The notes: generated by a model from the letters alone, not told the origin. A DNA stretch of 64,000 nt from Sulfolobales archaeon (GCA_026413885.1 JAOAKA010000001.1:46088-110087); one strand, 5' to 3'; counted from the stretch's first letter, positions 18,774 through 30,626 are shown. Numbers and translations: made by a program.

Positions 18774-19194
18774 AGAAAGCTGCTCTAGGTATTCCGTCTA
18801 CGTAGACTACGCGTATCTTCATAATAAGTTCCGCGCCGGTCATTACCTCAAGCTCTCTTCTAAGAGTCTGTAATGCGGTTAACTTACTGTTTAGATTTTC
18901 AATCGCTACTTCAAGTGCTGTCTGCTCCTGCTCAGCTGTAGGATTAAATATCAGTGTCAGCCCTCTTATAGTGATAGTATTAGTTAGAGCTTCCGACTTA
19001 ACTCCGAGCTTTCCTAGCAGCTCCTTAATCTTCTTCTCTTGCTCAGCTTTGATTCTAAGTTCTTCAAGTCTCTTTAGTAGCTCTCCCATTCTCCTTCTAA
19101 GTTCAGCTACATCGTCATCGATGTTCTTAATGAATTCCGCAATACCGCTAAATTCCTTAATCTCTGTGGAAGCCAGGTCCTTAGGTGAAGACAT
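18763..19194 (-). CDS. Hypothetical coiled-coil protein
   Basis: 143-aa ORF with heptad-rich, charged helices (ELRRRMGELLKRLEELRIKAEQEKK). Confidence 0.5.
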   Translation of the reverse strand: MSSPKDLASTEIKEFSGIAEFIKNIDDDVAELRRRMGELLKRLEELRIKAEQEKKIKELLGKLGVKSEALTNTITIRGLTLIFNPTAEQEQTALEVAIENLNSKLTALQTLRRELEVMTGAELIMKIRVVYVDGIPRAAFFRF

Positions 19195-19364
19195 CGTAGC
19201 ACCTTCTACTATTATCTCTGCAAGAATTTATATATATTAACACACATTGATTCAAGAACACTATTTATACTCTTACTATACTAATATTTAAACTAGATTA
19301 CATCCACAGTAGTTTAATCGACAGGTTTCCTCTCTTCGCTAATCTGTGTTGAAATTTAAGAAAA

Positions 19365-19721
19365 TCAGAGAAGTTTGAGTCTTCCAGTAATTCTATCTAA
19401 TATTTCACTAGGTGCTGGTCCCAAACCTGCTGCTGTCGTAGTTCCGGGCGGTAGCTCTGTAAGTCCAGCGTCTTGAATTATGACTGCCGGTATTCCAGCT
19501 TCCCGGGCTTTCTCCACATGTCTAAATACTTCGACTTCTGATGAAACTTTAACAACGACTTTCTTCTGTCCTCCACTAATCCACTCACTAAACCATTCCG
19601 GCTTCGTCTTCATTGCCTCTAGAGCTGCTCCAACAGCTGCGTGAGCTACTTGAACAGCGAGCTTCCCTCTACTCATCTTTAAGTCTGTTCTAACTACAAT
19701 TACCTGCTTCAAGCTTGTCAC
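19365..19721 (-). CDS. pth2: Peptidyl-tRNA hydrolase, archaeal type (Pth2)
   Basis: KQVIVVRTDLKMSRGKLAVQVAHAAV and DAGLTELPPGTTTAAGLGP, and about 118 aa. Confidence 0.9.
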   Translation of the reverse strand: MTSLKQVIVVRTDLKMSRGKLAVQVAHAAVGAALEAMKTKPEWFSEWISGGQKKVVVKVSSEVEVFRHVEKAREAGIPAVIIQDAGLTELPPGTTTAAGLGPAPSEILDRITGRLKLL

Positions 19722-20035
19722 CTATTGATAGCCGCTACTATTTTTTCTACGACACTCCTATAGTTATCGGTTACACATTTGCTGTAGCAACGATGATTTA
19801 CTAAGCCGTTTTTAACGCATCTTTCTCTACAGCTAGCTTCAAATGTATATGTATCTATTTCGAGAATAAAGTAGTTTGGATTTTGAGGGAGGTCTCTAAC
19901 TTTGATTAGAGGTCTGAGGTCACCGATAAGTTTAACTACTTCTCTTACTAACTCCAGTTTACTCCTATCAAATACGTAGAATCCGTATCTTCTCAGAGCT
20001 TCGGTAATCTCAGATTTCACATCTTGAGACTCCAT
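19718..20035 (-). CDS. Hypothetical protein (Cys-containing, 105 aa)
   Basis: The ORF overlaps the pth2 start by 4 nt and the upstream ORF by 26 nt. Confidence 0.5.
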   Translation of the reverse strand: MESQDVKSEITEALRRYGFYVFDRSKLELVREVVKLIGDLRPLIKVRDLPQNPNYFILEIDTYTFEASCRERCVKNGLVNHRCYSKCVTDNYRSVVEKIVAAINR

Positions 20036-20450
20036 ATCTCTTCACCGGTAGCTTGAGTAAATCTACAACACACTTCACAATATCGTAAGCTAGTTTCTGA
20101 TTTAATCGACACTCAACCAGTCTCACTTTAAGCTTTCTATAAACAGCTCTCAACAAGATCGCGCCTGCGGAGTCATAGACTAGTATATCCCCCCTCACTC
20201 TCTTCCTCGGGTTTCTCCTCATATCCAGAGTAATGAGAAAACCATCGGGTGGTATCTCTATCAACACATCGTATGCTTCACCTTTAGAATAAGTAGGTTT
20301 GACTGGAATTTTATCTAGGATTCGTGTGGTGATTCTAGAGCAGTCTTTACCTACAGCTAAGTAGGTAGCTATTCTCACATGAAGTCCTCTCCTACTAGTA
20401 GACCTCTCTGTCCTTACTTTAGTAGCCAATGCAGCTGACCTCGAGGACAC
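20010..20450 (-). CDS. Hypothetical basic protein (146 aa)
   Basis: The ORF overlaps the upstream 83-aa ORF by 32 nt. The true start may be internal. Confidence 0.45.
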   Translation of the reverse strand: MSSRSAALATKVRTERSTSRRGLHVRIATYLAVGKDCSRITTRILDKIPVKPTYSKGEAYDVLIEIPPDGFLITLDMRRNPRKRVRGDILVYDSAGAILLRAVYRKLKVRLVECRLNQKLAYDIVKCVVDLLKLPVKRYGVSRCEI

Positions 20451-20670
20451 TACTTCTATAGGCTAAATCTATCTTTCCAGTTACCCTAAGCACTACAGCA
20501 TCTTCAAATTCAGCAAACGATATATCAGCTACACATCTATCGGCACCGATCTTAATGTGTTTAACTGAAGTTAGATTCTGCTCTTTTACTAGCAATCCTT
20601 TTTCATCGTATAGGCGGACATCTGTGCTTCCGTCTTTATTGACGTAGAGCACAAGAGTGCTACTATTCAA
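20419..20670 (-). CDS. Hypothetical protein (83 aa)
   Basis: First ORF of the overlapping four-gene string. It appears beta-rich. Confidence 0.45.
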   Translation of the reverse strand: MNSSTLVLYVNKDGSTDVRLYDEKGLLVKEQNLTSVKHIKIGADRCVADISFAEFEDAVVLRVTGKIDLAYRSSVLEVSCIGY

Positions 20671-20770
20671 GTTAAAGCCCGAAGTATATCTCTAGATATC
20701 AATAAAGCTTTACTCCAATACCTACTCAATTAGTTAACCCGTAGAACTCTCCACTATTGGGTACTAGCTA

Positions 20771-21214
20771 GTGCGGGCATCTTACCTACTTGTAGTTCAT
20801 CTATCCCGCTCGGTGAGAGTTGAAATAGCGAGTAGAATCTGGTGCTTAGAGTGGGGATACTACGTCTATGTAGGTTCTGCTCACATATCTAGGCCCTACC
20901 TAAGAATTTCAAGACATCTCACCCCCTATAAGAGAGCTAGGTGGCACATAGACTATCTAACTTTGAGTGATTTCGCTAAACCACTGATAGGTGTAGTACT
21001 TTACGGAGTTTCTGAAGACTCTCTATATCAAGCCATATCTAGGCAGAGAAGAATTCAACCAGCTATACCAAAGTTTGGTGCTTCAGACAGAAAAGATCAC
21101 GTGACACACCTCTTCAAAGTAGAATCCACTAACTTATCGGATATAACTCGCGAATTCTTACAGCTAGCTCGCAGCTTAAATCCTTACTCTATAGAGCTTG
21201 TATCTAGCGAGTAG
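20771..21214 (+). CDS. DUF123 / GIY-YIG-like (Uri superfamily) endonuclease-domain protein
   Basis: GYYVYVGSA, then RISRHL, then RWHIDYL, which is the characteristic DUF123 pattern. GTG start. Confidence 0.7.
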   Translation: MRASYLLVVHLSRSVRVEIASRIWCLEWGYYVYVGSAHISRPYLRISRHLTPYKRARWHIDYLTLSDFAKPLIGVVLYGVSEDSLYQAISRQRRIQPAIPKFGASDRKDHVTHLFKVESTNLSDITREFLQLARSLNPYSIELVSSE

Positions 21215-21348
21215 AATTCATCTACTAAGAGTTCTAATTGATTTCCACACTAAGAAATCTCCTCGTGTAGATTCACAAAGTTGCGGCTCCATATAAGCTT
21301 AAAAACGTTGTTACAACACTAGCATACAAGCAAGCGGAGTTGGAAGAT

Positions 21349-21795
21349 ATGTCGGAAGGTAAGTTAAAGGTAGCCGAATTAAAACCCGGAATGGAAAGAG
21401 TATCTGTTTTCGTAAGAGTTATCGATCCGGGAGAGACCAAGAAGATAACTACTAAAGCGGGAGAGAGAACAATTAGAGAAGCAACCGTCGGTGATGAAAG
21501 CGGTAGGGTAAAGCTAGTTATGTGGGGTAAATCGATTAAGTCTCTAAAGAGAGGAGATGTAATTGAGGTTTCTGGTGCGTGGACTACAGTATTCAAAGGT
21601 AAAGTCCAGCTAAATGTCGGTGGCTCAGAAAACGTTAAAGTAGCTGAAGACTTAGGTAAGCTACCTTCAGCAGATGAAGTACCTGAAGAAGAACCTAAAG
21701 CCGAGGGTGCACCTCCTAGAAGACCTAGACCCAGAGGATTCCAGCAGAGAAGAAGTCGGTTTGGTAGCAGAAGTAGAGGCGAAGAGTTTGAGTAA
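21349..21795 (+). CDS. ssb: Crenarchaeal single-stranded DNA-binding protein (one OB fold plus an RG-rich, acidic tail)
   Basis: KVAELKPGMERVSVFVRVI...REATVGDESGRVKLVMWGK...GAWTTVFKGKVQLNVG closely parallels Sulfolobus SSB. The tail is RRPRPRGFQQRRSRFGSRSRGEEFE. GGAG lies 8-11 nt before ATG 21349. Confidence 0.88.
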   Translation: MSEGKLKVAELKPGMERVSVFVRVIDPGETKKITTKAGERTIREATVGDESGRVKLVMWGKSIKSLKRGDVIEVSGAWTTVFKGKVQLNVGGSENVKVAEDLGKLPSADEVPEEEPKAEGAPPRRPRPRGFQQRRSRFGSRSRGEEFE

Positions 21796-21880
21796 AGAAC
21801 CCGAGATATCACAGCAGCAAGACTCTACTCTAGCCTTCAACGATATAGCACAGAAAAAACCTCTAAAGCAAGGCACGGAA

Positions 21881-22126
21881 ATGGGAGTTAGTGGTGAGGA
21901 GTATATAGTAAGCTTAGGAGAAGATAGAGTATACGCACTTGCTCCAGCAGCCTACTACGTATGGAGTCTTTGCGATGGTGCGAGATCTGTTGAAGACATA
22001 CTGAAGAAGGTTGAGTCAGATCTTAAAGAGAGCGGTGAAGAAGGACTAGGTGAGCCCGAGCTTAAGCAAATTCTAGTCTTAGTTCTCTCCGAGCTAGGAA
22101 GTGTCGGCTTAATTGCTTGGACTTAG
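21881..22126 (+). CDS. PqqD-family (RRE-like) small protein
   Basis: From the internal ATG, the 81-aa product VYALAPAAYYVWSLCDGARSVEDILKKVESDL...LSELGSVGLI fits the PqqD pattern. The tracked upstream part overlaps the ssb tail and is probably not translated. Confidence 0.6.
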   Translation: MGVSGEEYIVSLGEDRVYALAPAAYYVWSLCDGARSVEDILKKVESDLKESGEEGLGEPELKQILVLVLSELGSVGLIAWT

Positions 22127-22137
22127 AGTAAGTCTTT

Positions 22138-23610
22138 TCACTCAAACTCTTTCGACTTAACCATTGGAAATGGTATAACCTCTTTAATTGAGCTTACTCC
22201 AGTGTAGATCATTACCAATCTATCTATACCGAGGCCGAGCCCTCCAGTAGGCGGCATTCCGTGCTCTAAAGCTTCAACAAAGTCCCAGTCAAATGGGTGT
22301 GCTTCTAGGTCTCCGCGAGCCCCTCTAACTTCTTCTTCTCTAAAGAAAGACGCCTGAATCTCCGGGTCGTTGAGCTCAGTATACGCGTTCGCTAGCTCTA
22401 AACCACCTATGTAGAGCTCAAATCTTTCTGCTAAATCTGCCCTAGACCTATGGGGCTTCGCTAAAGGTGATGAAGATATCGGAAAGTCGATGACGAATGT
22501 CGGCTGCATTAAGTAGTTTCTTCCCACAATACGGTCGAAGAGTTTAACTATAGCTCTCCCCCTATCGTATCCTCCAGCGATTTTAACTGAGTACTTGTCT
22601 AAGTATTCCTTCAACCTATCGTCAGATAGAGACTCCACATCTAGTCCAGCAAACTCTCTAAAAGCTTCATAAATAGATATCCTTCTATACGGAGGTGAGA
22701 GATTTACTTTAGTAGTTTCTCCGTTTATTGGGTATTCAACCGCATCAGTTCCTAAAACCCTCCTAGCTACTGTACTTATCAATTCCTCAGTTAAGTTCAT
22801 AATATCGTTGTAGTCTGCGTATGCTTCATAAGACTCCATCATAGTGAACTCAGGATTGTGTTCTATATCTATATCCTCGTTTCTGAAATTCTTCCCGATC
22901 TCGAATACCTTGTTGAAGCCGGCGACAATGAATCTCTTCAAATACAGCTCGAGACTTATTCTTAAATACCACTCTGTATCTAAAGCCCATATGTGAGTCT
23001 TGAATGGTCTCGCAGCAGCGCCACCGTAGATAGGCTGAAGTATAGGGGTCTCAACCTCCATGTAGCCCTTACTCCACATAAACTTCCTGATCTCCTCAAT
23101 AGTCTTAAACCGTATCTCGAAGATTCTCCTCACTTGAGGATTTGTCATTATATCTAGATACCTCTTTCTATACCTAACTTCAGGATCTAGAATTCTGTGG
23201 CCCCACTTAACCGGCGGACTTCTTAGTGCTTTTGCTAGTAGCTGTATATAGTTAACAGCTATAGTTAGCTCCCCCTTCTTAGTGTAGTAGACACTACCAT
23301 CAACGTAGATATAATCACCTAAGTCTACAAACTTCTCAAAGAAGTTGAAGAGCTCTTTATCGACATCACCTCTAGAAATAGAGCACTGTATCTTCTGCCC
23401 GTCGTCAACTAAGTCGAAAAACACTAGAGCACCGTGTCTTCTAATTCCAACCACTCTACCAGCTACACTCACATAACTTCCGGGAGTAGGTGATTGAATT
23501 ACTTCACGAATAGGTGTGACTTTACTTTTAAGTGTGTGAGGATAGGGATTTACACCGAGTTCGATCAGTCTTCTCCGAACTTCCTTCCGCAGCTCTACCT
23601 CATTACTCAC
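22138..23610 (-). CDS. lysS: Lysyl-tRNA synthetase, class II
   Basis: NPYPH at the N-terminus, FRNEDIDIEHNPEFTMMESYEAYADY (motif 2 region) and GGLGLGIDRLVMI (motif 3). Confidence 0.9.
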   Translation of the reverse strand: MSNEVELRKEVRRRLIELGVNPYPHTLKSKVTPIREVIQSPTPGSYVSVAGRVVGIRRHGALVFFDLVDDGQKIQCSISRGDVDKELFNFFEKFVDLGDYIYVDGSVYYTKKGELTIAVNYIQLLAKALRSPPVKWGHRILDPEVRYRKRYLDIMTNPQVRRIFEIRFKTIEEIRKFMWSKGYMEVETPILQPIYGGAAARPFKTHIWALDTEWYLRISLELYLKRFIVAGFNKVFEIGKNFRNEDIDIEHNPEFTMMESYEAYADYNDIMNLTEELISTVARRVLGTDAVEYPINGETTKVNLSPPYRRISIYEAFREFAGLDVESLSDDRLKEYLDKYSVKIAGGYDRGRAIVKLFDRIVGRNYLMQPTFVIDFPISSSPLAKPHRSRADLAERFELYIGGLELANAYTELNDPEIQASFFREEEVRGARGDLEAHPFDWDFVEALEHGMPPTGGLGLGIDRLVMIYTGVSSIKEVIPFPMVKSKEFE

Positions 23611-23783
23611 TTAAACCACCTTGACCTACAACCAACATCTTCGCCCTCTAGGGTAAGGATTAAAGCTTATAAGTACTGAACAAATCTAACTCACTCGTCC
23701 ATAGAGATGTAAGCCCTAGTCACAAAGTGTTTAAGCATACAAGAAGTAAGAATTTTTAAGCTAGGTTTAAGCTAAGCTGACAG

Positions 23784-26658
<2,875 letters not shown>

Positions 26659-26669
26659 AGCTTAAATCC

Positions 26670-26972
26670 CTAGTCAGCTGCTTTCGATTCTTCAGCTATA
26701 GCTTCATCAATAACTACTCTAGTAGTTAAGCAGTGACTTCTGCTGTGTGTCTTCAAGTCTTCTTCGCTGATTAAGCTCGTTCCACATGTTGCACAGTATA
26801 CTGAACCCTCCCTACCCAGAGTGCTTAGAAGATCGTCTATAGAAATCCTCCTGAATTTGCTGCATGAATCAGACTCAGACACACCTGTATCGAAAACTAG
26901 ACAGCGCCCGACTTGAGGGAAGTGTATGTGTGGACTATAGTTAGCGCAGTTTCTACATTTTTCATCTATCAT
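26670..26972 (-). CDS. Hypothetical Cys-rich protein with a C2H2-type zinc-finger motif
   Basis: CRNC...C...C at the N-terminus, and YCATCGTSLISEEDLKTHSRSH, which equals C-x2-C-x12-H-x3-H. It lies between the ferredoxin and OFOR-alpha genes. Confidence 0.55.
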   Translation of the reverse strand: MIDEKCRNCANYSPHIHFPQVGRCLVFDTGVSESDSCSKFRRISIDDLLSTLGREGSVYCATCGTSLISEEDLKTHSRSHCLTTRVVIDEAIAEESKAAD

Positions 26973-26976
26973 TAGT

Positions 26977-27231
26977 TCACCCTGCTTTCTCGATCTTTAT
27001 AGCTGCTACAGGACATGCTTCAGCTGCTTTTAGAGCACACTCATACAGCTCTTCAGGTATTTCCCCGATGGATACATTTTCATCTACTTTTACACTATAC
27101 TTCTCCACTACTCTGGTCTTCTGATTGTCGAGACCTAGCTCAAAGACCTCTGGGCAAATTGCTGGAGCAACTCCACAAGATATACATGCAGCTCTATCTA
27201 CAATAACTCTATACCTAGCCAAGTTAAACAC
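26977..27231 (-). CDS. Ferredoxin (small Fe-S protein)
   Basis: CISCGVAPAICPEVF and the distal CPVAAI. It is 84 aa and the first gene of the OFOR operon. Confidence 0.8.
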   Translation of the reverse strand: MFNLARYRVIVDRAACISCGVAPAICPEVFELGLDNQKTRVVEKYSVKVDENVSIGEIPEELYECALKAAEACPVAAIKIEKAG

Positions 27232-27423
27232 CGTGTAAGATTTGCTTTAATTAATTTATAAGCTTATATCAGTCTAATTCTTAGCTTTTCTAACTACTCA
27301 CTTAGCTTTATCTACTTCCTCAGTTGGTAAGTATAACTACGTCCAGATAGGTGTCCGAAGTGTTGGCGCTCCTAGAGAATAGTTTAAGCAACTCTCTAAG
27401 TGAGAATCTCAGCTCGTAGTTAG

Positions 27424-27576
27424 GTCTGGAAAATCGATGCCTACAAATTAAGACATTCAAAAGAACTCGCTGCTGTAGCTGAAGAAATTATTCAAGATAG
27501 TCTAGACCCTGATTGAGTTAAGATAGCTGTTGAAGAGAGATTTCGCTTTAATAACTATGCAGAAAATCCAGGCTGA
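27424..27576 (+). pseudogene. Possible decayed coding remnant
   Basis: One frame reads VWKIDAYKLRHSKELAAVAEEIIQDSLDPD-stop-VKIAVEERFRFNNYAENPG-stop. The sequence is protein-like but broken by in-frame TGA codons. Confidence 0.25.
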
Positions 27577-27784
27577 GCTAGAGACCTATGAAGAAGGGTA
27601 GATGAGGCCGGTCCCCAGCTTCTGAAATTGGAGAAGCAGTCGGCGGCGGCTCTACGAAACCGAATATGTTCACGTGTACAGAGACTACATTGCTATCTTA
27701 GACTTTCGTCTATCTGAGGTTATGAATAGTAGCTACATTAATATTTTAGTTTGTGGTCGGCAGGATATTGGGGTGTGGTTGGAA

Positions 27785-28306
27785 ATGACTTCTGAGATTA
27801 GAGGACTAGTATCTAGGTCACTGCACTGCCTAGCGGAGTTTGAGAATCTTGTTTCAGAGCTCTACTATAGACTATCTGAGTCTTCAACTGATAAAATAGC
27901 GCGCTTATCTCTCAGCTGGATATCTGCAGAGAGTAAGCAGCATTCTAAGTACTTAAGTGAACTCGCAAGCACTCTTAATCTAGAGAGAGATGCGAGTAAC
28001 TGCGCTGAATTCATCGGCGTTCCTTGGACTACCGTAGAAAATCTCTTTAAAGATATTGGAAACACTAGGTCTCTCAGCAGCAAAGAAGTCGCAGACACCT
28101 TAAAAAAACTCAATATAGTCGAAAACTTCGCTGCTGAAGAAGTATACAGTAACGTATTAATCAAGCAAATTAGAGATGTAGCAGCTCTCGCAGGAATCAG
28201 CATAAAAGTTGCGGAAATAATCTTCAGTGAAATAGCTGAAGAAGAGAGATACCACAACGAACTCGTCTCAGCACTAATTAAAATGCTGAAAAAAGACTTT
28301 ACATAA
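27785..28306 (+). CDS. Hypothetical helical protein, possibly ferritin-like
   Basis: All-helical, with ESKQHSKYL and EEERYHNELVSAL E/H-containing segments. I prefer ATG 27785 over the tracked GTG 27674. Confidence 0.4.
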   Translation: MTSEIRGLVSRSLHCLAEFENLVSELYYRLSESSTDKIARLSLSWISAESKQHSKYLSELASTLNLERDASNCAEFIGVPWTTVENLFKDIGNTRSLSSKEVADTLKKLNIVENFAAEEVYSNVLIKQIRDVAALAGISIKVAEIIFSEIAEEERYHNELVSALIKMLKKDFT

Positions 28307-28511
28307 TGACCGCAAAGAGTATCTTGAAGTTAAACTAAACTTCATTACACAAAGAACCCAGTCACTCGATCTCCTATGCGGTAGAACTACAGAAAAAAAA
28401 CTCAATCTTATTACTTCTTACACACTTCACTGAATAAGCTATAGAAGATTTGGGGTTAGTTAAGACTCTCCCAGTTAAAGACTTATTAGAGCTGCTTTAC
28501 TCACTCTGTGG

Positions 28512-28585
28512 GGGCCCGTCGTCTAGCTGGCTAGGACGCCGCCCTGACGCGGCGGAGGTCCGGGGTTCGAATCCCCGCGGGCCCA
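28512..28585 (+). tRNA. tRNA-Val (anticodon GAC)
   Basis: GGGCCCGTCGTCTAGCTGGCTAGGACGCCGCCCTGACGCGGCGGAGGTCCGGGGTTCGAATCCCCGCGGGCCCA. It folds as a cloverleaf, has the loop CTGACGC and encodes no CCA. Confidence 0.9.
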
Positions 28586-28602
28586 CTCGATTATTCTCTC
28601 TG

Positions 28603-28607
28603 TTTTT
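28603..28607 (+). terminator. Oligo-T tract after tRNA-Val
   Basis: TGTTTTTAG lies 18 nt after the tRNA 3' end. Confidence 0.3.
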
Positions 28608-28781
28608 AGAAAGACTTCGTGTTTTCTCGTTGTTTATCTCATGAGTTCACACCATATTACTGGCCTAGTATGTTAATCTTGCTTTACATAGTTTTTAGCT
28701 TAGTTAAATTAATTTTTTAATTTGATTCATGTCTTAACGTATTTATAAGTTTACGTATTGTTGTAGTAGTTGGTGTGATGT

Positions 28782-29837
28782 GTGGTACCTCTAAAGATTC
28801 GGATATCAGTCCTCAGTTTACTATTGGGTTTGACGGTGGGTTTAGCTGGAGGTTTCGCAGCAGGTTGGCTTGCGGGTCAGAGCACTATGCGTAGTGAAAC
28901 TGTCTTAGTTAAATTCACTCTGGACTGGGCTTATCAGGGACCTCAGGCACCGTTTTTAGTTGCGTATTATAAGGGCTTCTTTGCTGAGGAGGGTCTCTCG
29001 GTAACTGTTGATAGAGGATATGGTTCAGCTAGAGTTGTGAGTGATGTAGCAGCTGGTTTATTTGATATAGGTTTTGGTGATGTGAACTCTCTGATAGAGT
29101 TTAAGTCGAGGAATCCGGACGCTAAGATAAAGCTGGTAGCTATAGTGCACGCTAAATCTCCACTTAGCATAGTAACTCTAAGAAAAACCGGTATATCCAC
29201 ACCTAGAGACCTTGAAGGTAGGAGACTTGGGGCGCCGGCAGGTGACGCAGCAAGAAGGGTCTTCCCAGCATTCGCATCCGCTGTCGGTATAGATTTAAAC
29301 AAGATTCCGTGGGTAACTATGGATATACCTCTAAGAGAACCTATGCTCGCGAGAGGTGAAGTAGACGCTGTTACAGGTTTCTACACCACAGTAGTGATAA
29401 ACCTTCTAAACCTGGGGATTCCCGAAGATGAGATAGTAGTCTTTAAGTACGGGGACTACCTACCTCTAGTTGGAAACGGGATAGTAGTGAATGAAGATTT
29501 TCTAAGAAAACACCCAGACGCTGTCAGAAAGTTTCTGAGAGCGTATATCAGAGGTTTAAAGTACACTATTAAAAACATCGATGAAGCAGTAGGCACAGTG
29601 CTAATAAGAGACCCAACACTAAACAAGACAGTAGAGAAAAAGAGATTACTAATGGCTTTAGAAATAATTAATGTGAAAGGAGTTACAGATAGATACGGAT
29701 TTGGATACGTAGACCCTCAAATCATAGAGCAAAACATAGATGCTGTAGTTAGGGCGTTTGGACTTCCGAGAAAACCATCGCTAAGTGAAGTAGTAGACTT
29801 CAGCTACCTACCACCTCTAGAAGAAAGACTTCCATAA
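28782..29837 (+). CDS. ABC transporter substrate-binding protein, NMT1/THI5-like (NitT/TauT family)
   Basis: N-terminal membrane anchor and YYKGFFAEEGLSVTV, typical of the NMT1 family. It precedes the matching ATPase and permease. GTG start. Confidence 0.8.
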   Translation: MVPLKIRISVLSLLLGLTVGLAGGFAAGWLAGQSTMRSETVLVKFTLDWAYQGPQAPFLVAYYKGFFAEEGLSVTVDRGYGSARVVSDVAAGLFDIGFGDVNSLIEFKSRNPDAKIKLVAIVHAKSPLSIVTLRKTGISTPRDLEGRRLGAPAGDAARRVFPAFASAVGIDLNKIPWVTMDIPLREPMLARGEVDAVTGFYTTVVINLLNLGIPEDEIVVFKYGDYLPLVGNGIVVNEDFLRKHPDAVRKFLRAYIRGLKYTIKNIDEAVGTVLIRDPTLNKTVEKKRLLMALEIINVKGVTDRYGFGYVDPQIIEQNIDAVVRAFGLPRKPSLSEVVDFSYLPPLEERLP

Positions 29838-29852
29838 CTTAGGTTAAATGAA

Positions 29853-30626
29853 ATGGAGTATCTAGTTAAGCTGAGTAATGTAACTGTGAAATATAGAAAC
29901 AATGGTCGTAGATATCTCACTGCTATATCAAACGTAGACTTAAACATATCACCTGGAGAGTTTGTAGCAGTAGTTGGAAAAAGCGGCTGTGGGAAAACTA
30001 CTTTGCTTAAGGTAGTGGCTGGTCTAATTAAGCCGGACGAAGGTGAGGTAGTATTTAATGAGCATTTTTTCAACGGTTCCAAGAAGAGAATAGGCGTTAT
30101 GTTTCAGTCTCCACTACTTCTACCATGGCGAAATGTCCTCGAGAACATCTTCCTCCCCATAGAGATCGTTGGAGAGGACCCAGAGTCATACGTTAATAGA
30201 GCACTTACTCTAATAGAGAGAACTGGTTTAAAGGGATTTGAATACAGCTACCCGTGGGAGCTTTCCGGAGGGATGCAGCAGAGAGTAGCTCTATGTAGAG
30301 CTCTCATACATAAGCCACTCTTACTACTACTAGATGAGCCATTTAGCTCTCTTGACGCTATAACAAGAGAAGAGATGTGGTCTCTCCTCGAATCAGTTTT
30401 CCTCTACGAGAATTACACCACACTGCTCGTAACACACGATATAAGAGAAGCAGTTCTACTATCAGATAGAGTTATAGTGATGAGTGGTAAACCCGGTAGA
30501 GTAAAGACTGAGGTAAGAGTGCCCTTCAAAAGACCTAGAGATATCTCTATTCAATATAGCAAGGAGTTTAATGAGTATGTAGCTAAGATAAAGAGTATGT
30601 TGAGTGAGCAGCATGAGCTACAGTAA
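29853..30626 (+). CDS. ABC transporter ATP-binding protein (NitT/TauT family)
   Basis: Walker A GKSGCGKTTLL, signature LSGGMQQRVALCRAL, Walker B LLLLDEPFSSLD. Confidence 0.92.
   Translation: MEYLVKLSNVTVKYRNNGRRYLTAISNVDLNISPGEFVAVVGKSGCGKTTLLKVVAGLIKPDEGEVVFNEHFFNGSKKRIGVMFQSPLLLPWRNVLENIFLPIEIVGEDPESYVNRALTLIERTGLKGFEYSYPWELSGGMQQRVALCRALIHKPLLLLLDEPFSSLDAITREEMWSLLESVFLYENYTTLLVTHDIREAVLLSDRVIVMSGKPGRVKTEVRVPFKRPRDISIQYSKEFNEYVAKIKSMLSEQHELQ

Noticed and set aside
21273-21812. 179-aa minus-strand ORF covering the whole ssb gene
   Set aside because: It is low-complexity (S/L/P-rich) and lies exactly antisense to a strongly recognisable SSB. This is a typical shadow ORF.
22138-23610. Class II LysRS in an archaeon as an anomaly
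   Set aside because: Most Euryarchaeota use class I LysRS. My recollection is that several Crenarchaeota (for example Sulfolobus) carry the class II enzyme, so this is probably normal for the lineage. I cannot verify this without a database.
27596-27665. AGAUGAG, 15 nt, CUGA on the plus strand as a possible C/D sRNA
   Set aside because: The spacing is off, and no C' box or terminal D box is present.
28450-28644. 64-aa ORF over tRNA-Val. The same applies to ORF 39741-39926 over tRNA-Phe.
   Set aside because: Both are translations of tRNA genes (the ...RGSNPRGP and ...GGSNPPGG signatures), not proteins.
28586-28781. Possible integrated element at tRNA-Val (T-rich, atypical spacer followed by an ABC transporter operon)
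   Set aside because: I noticed no integrase fragment and no repeat of the tRNA 3' half downstream. The transporter genes have native-looking codon usage.
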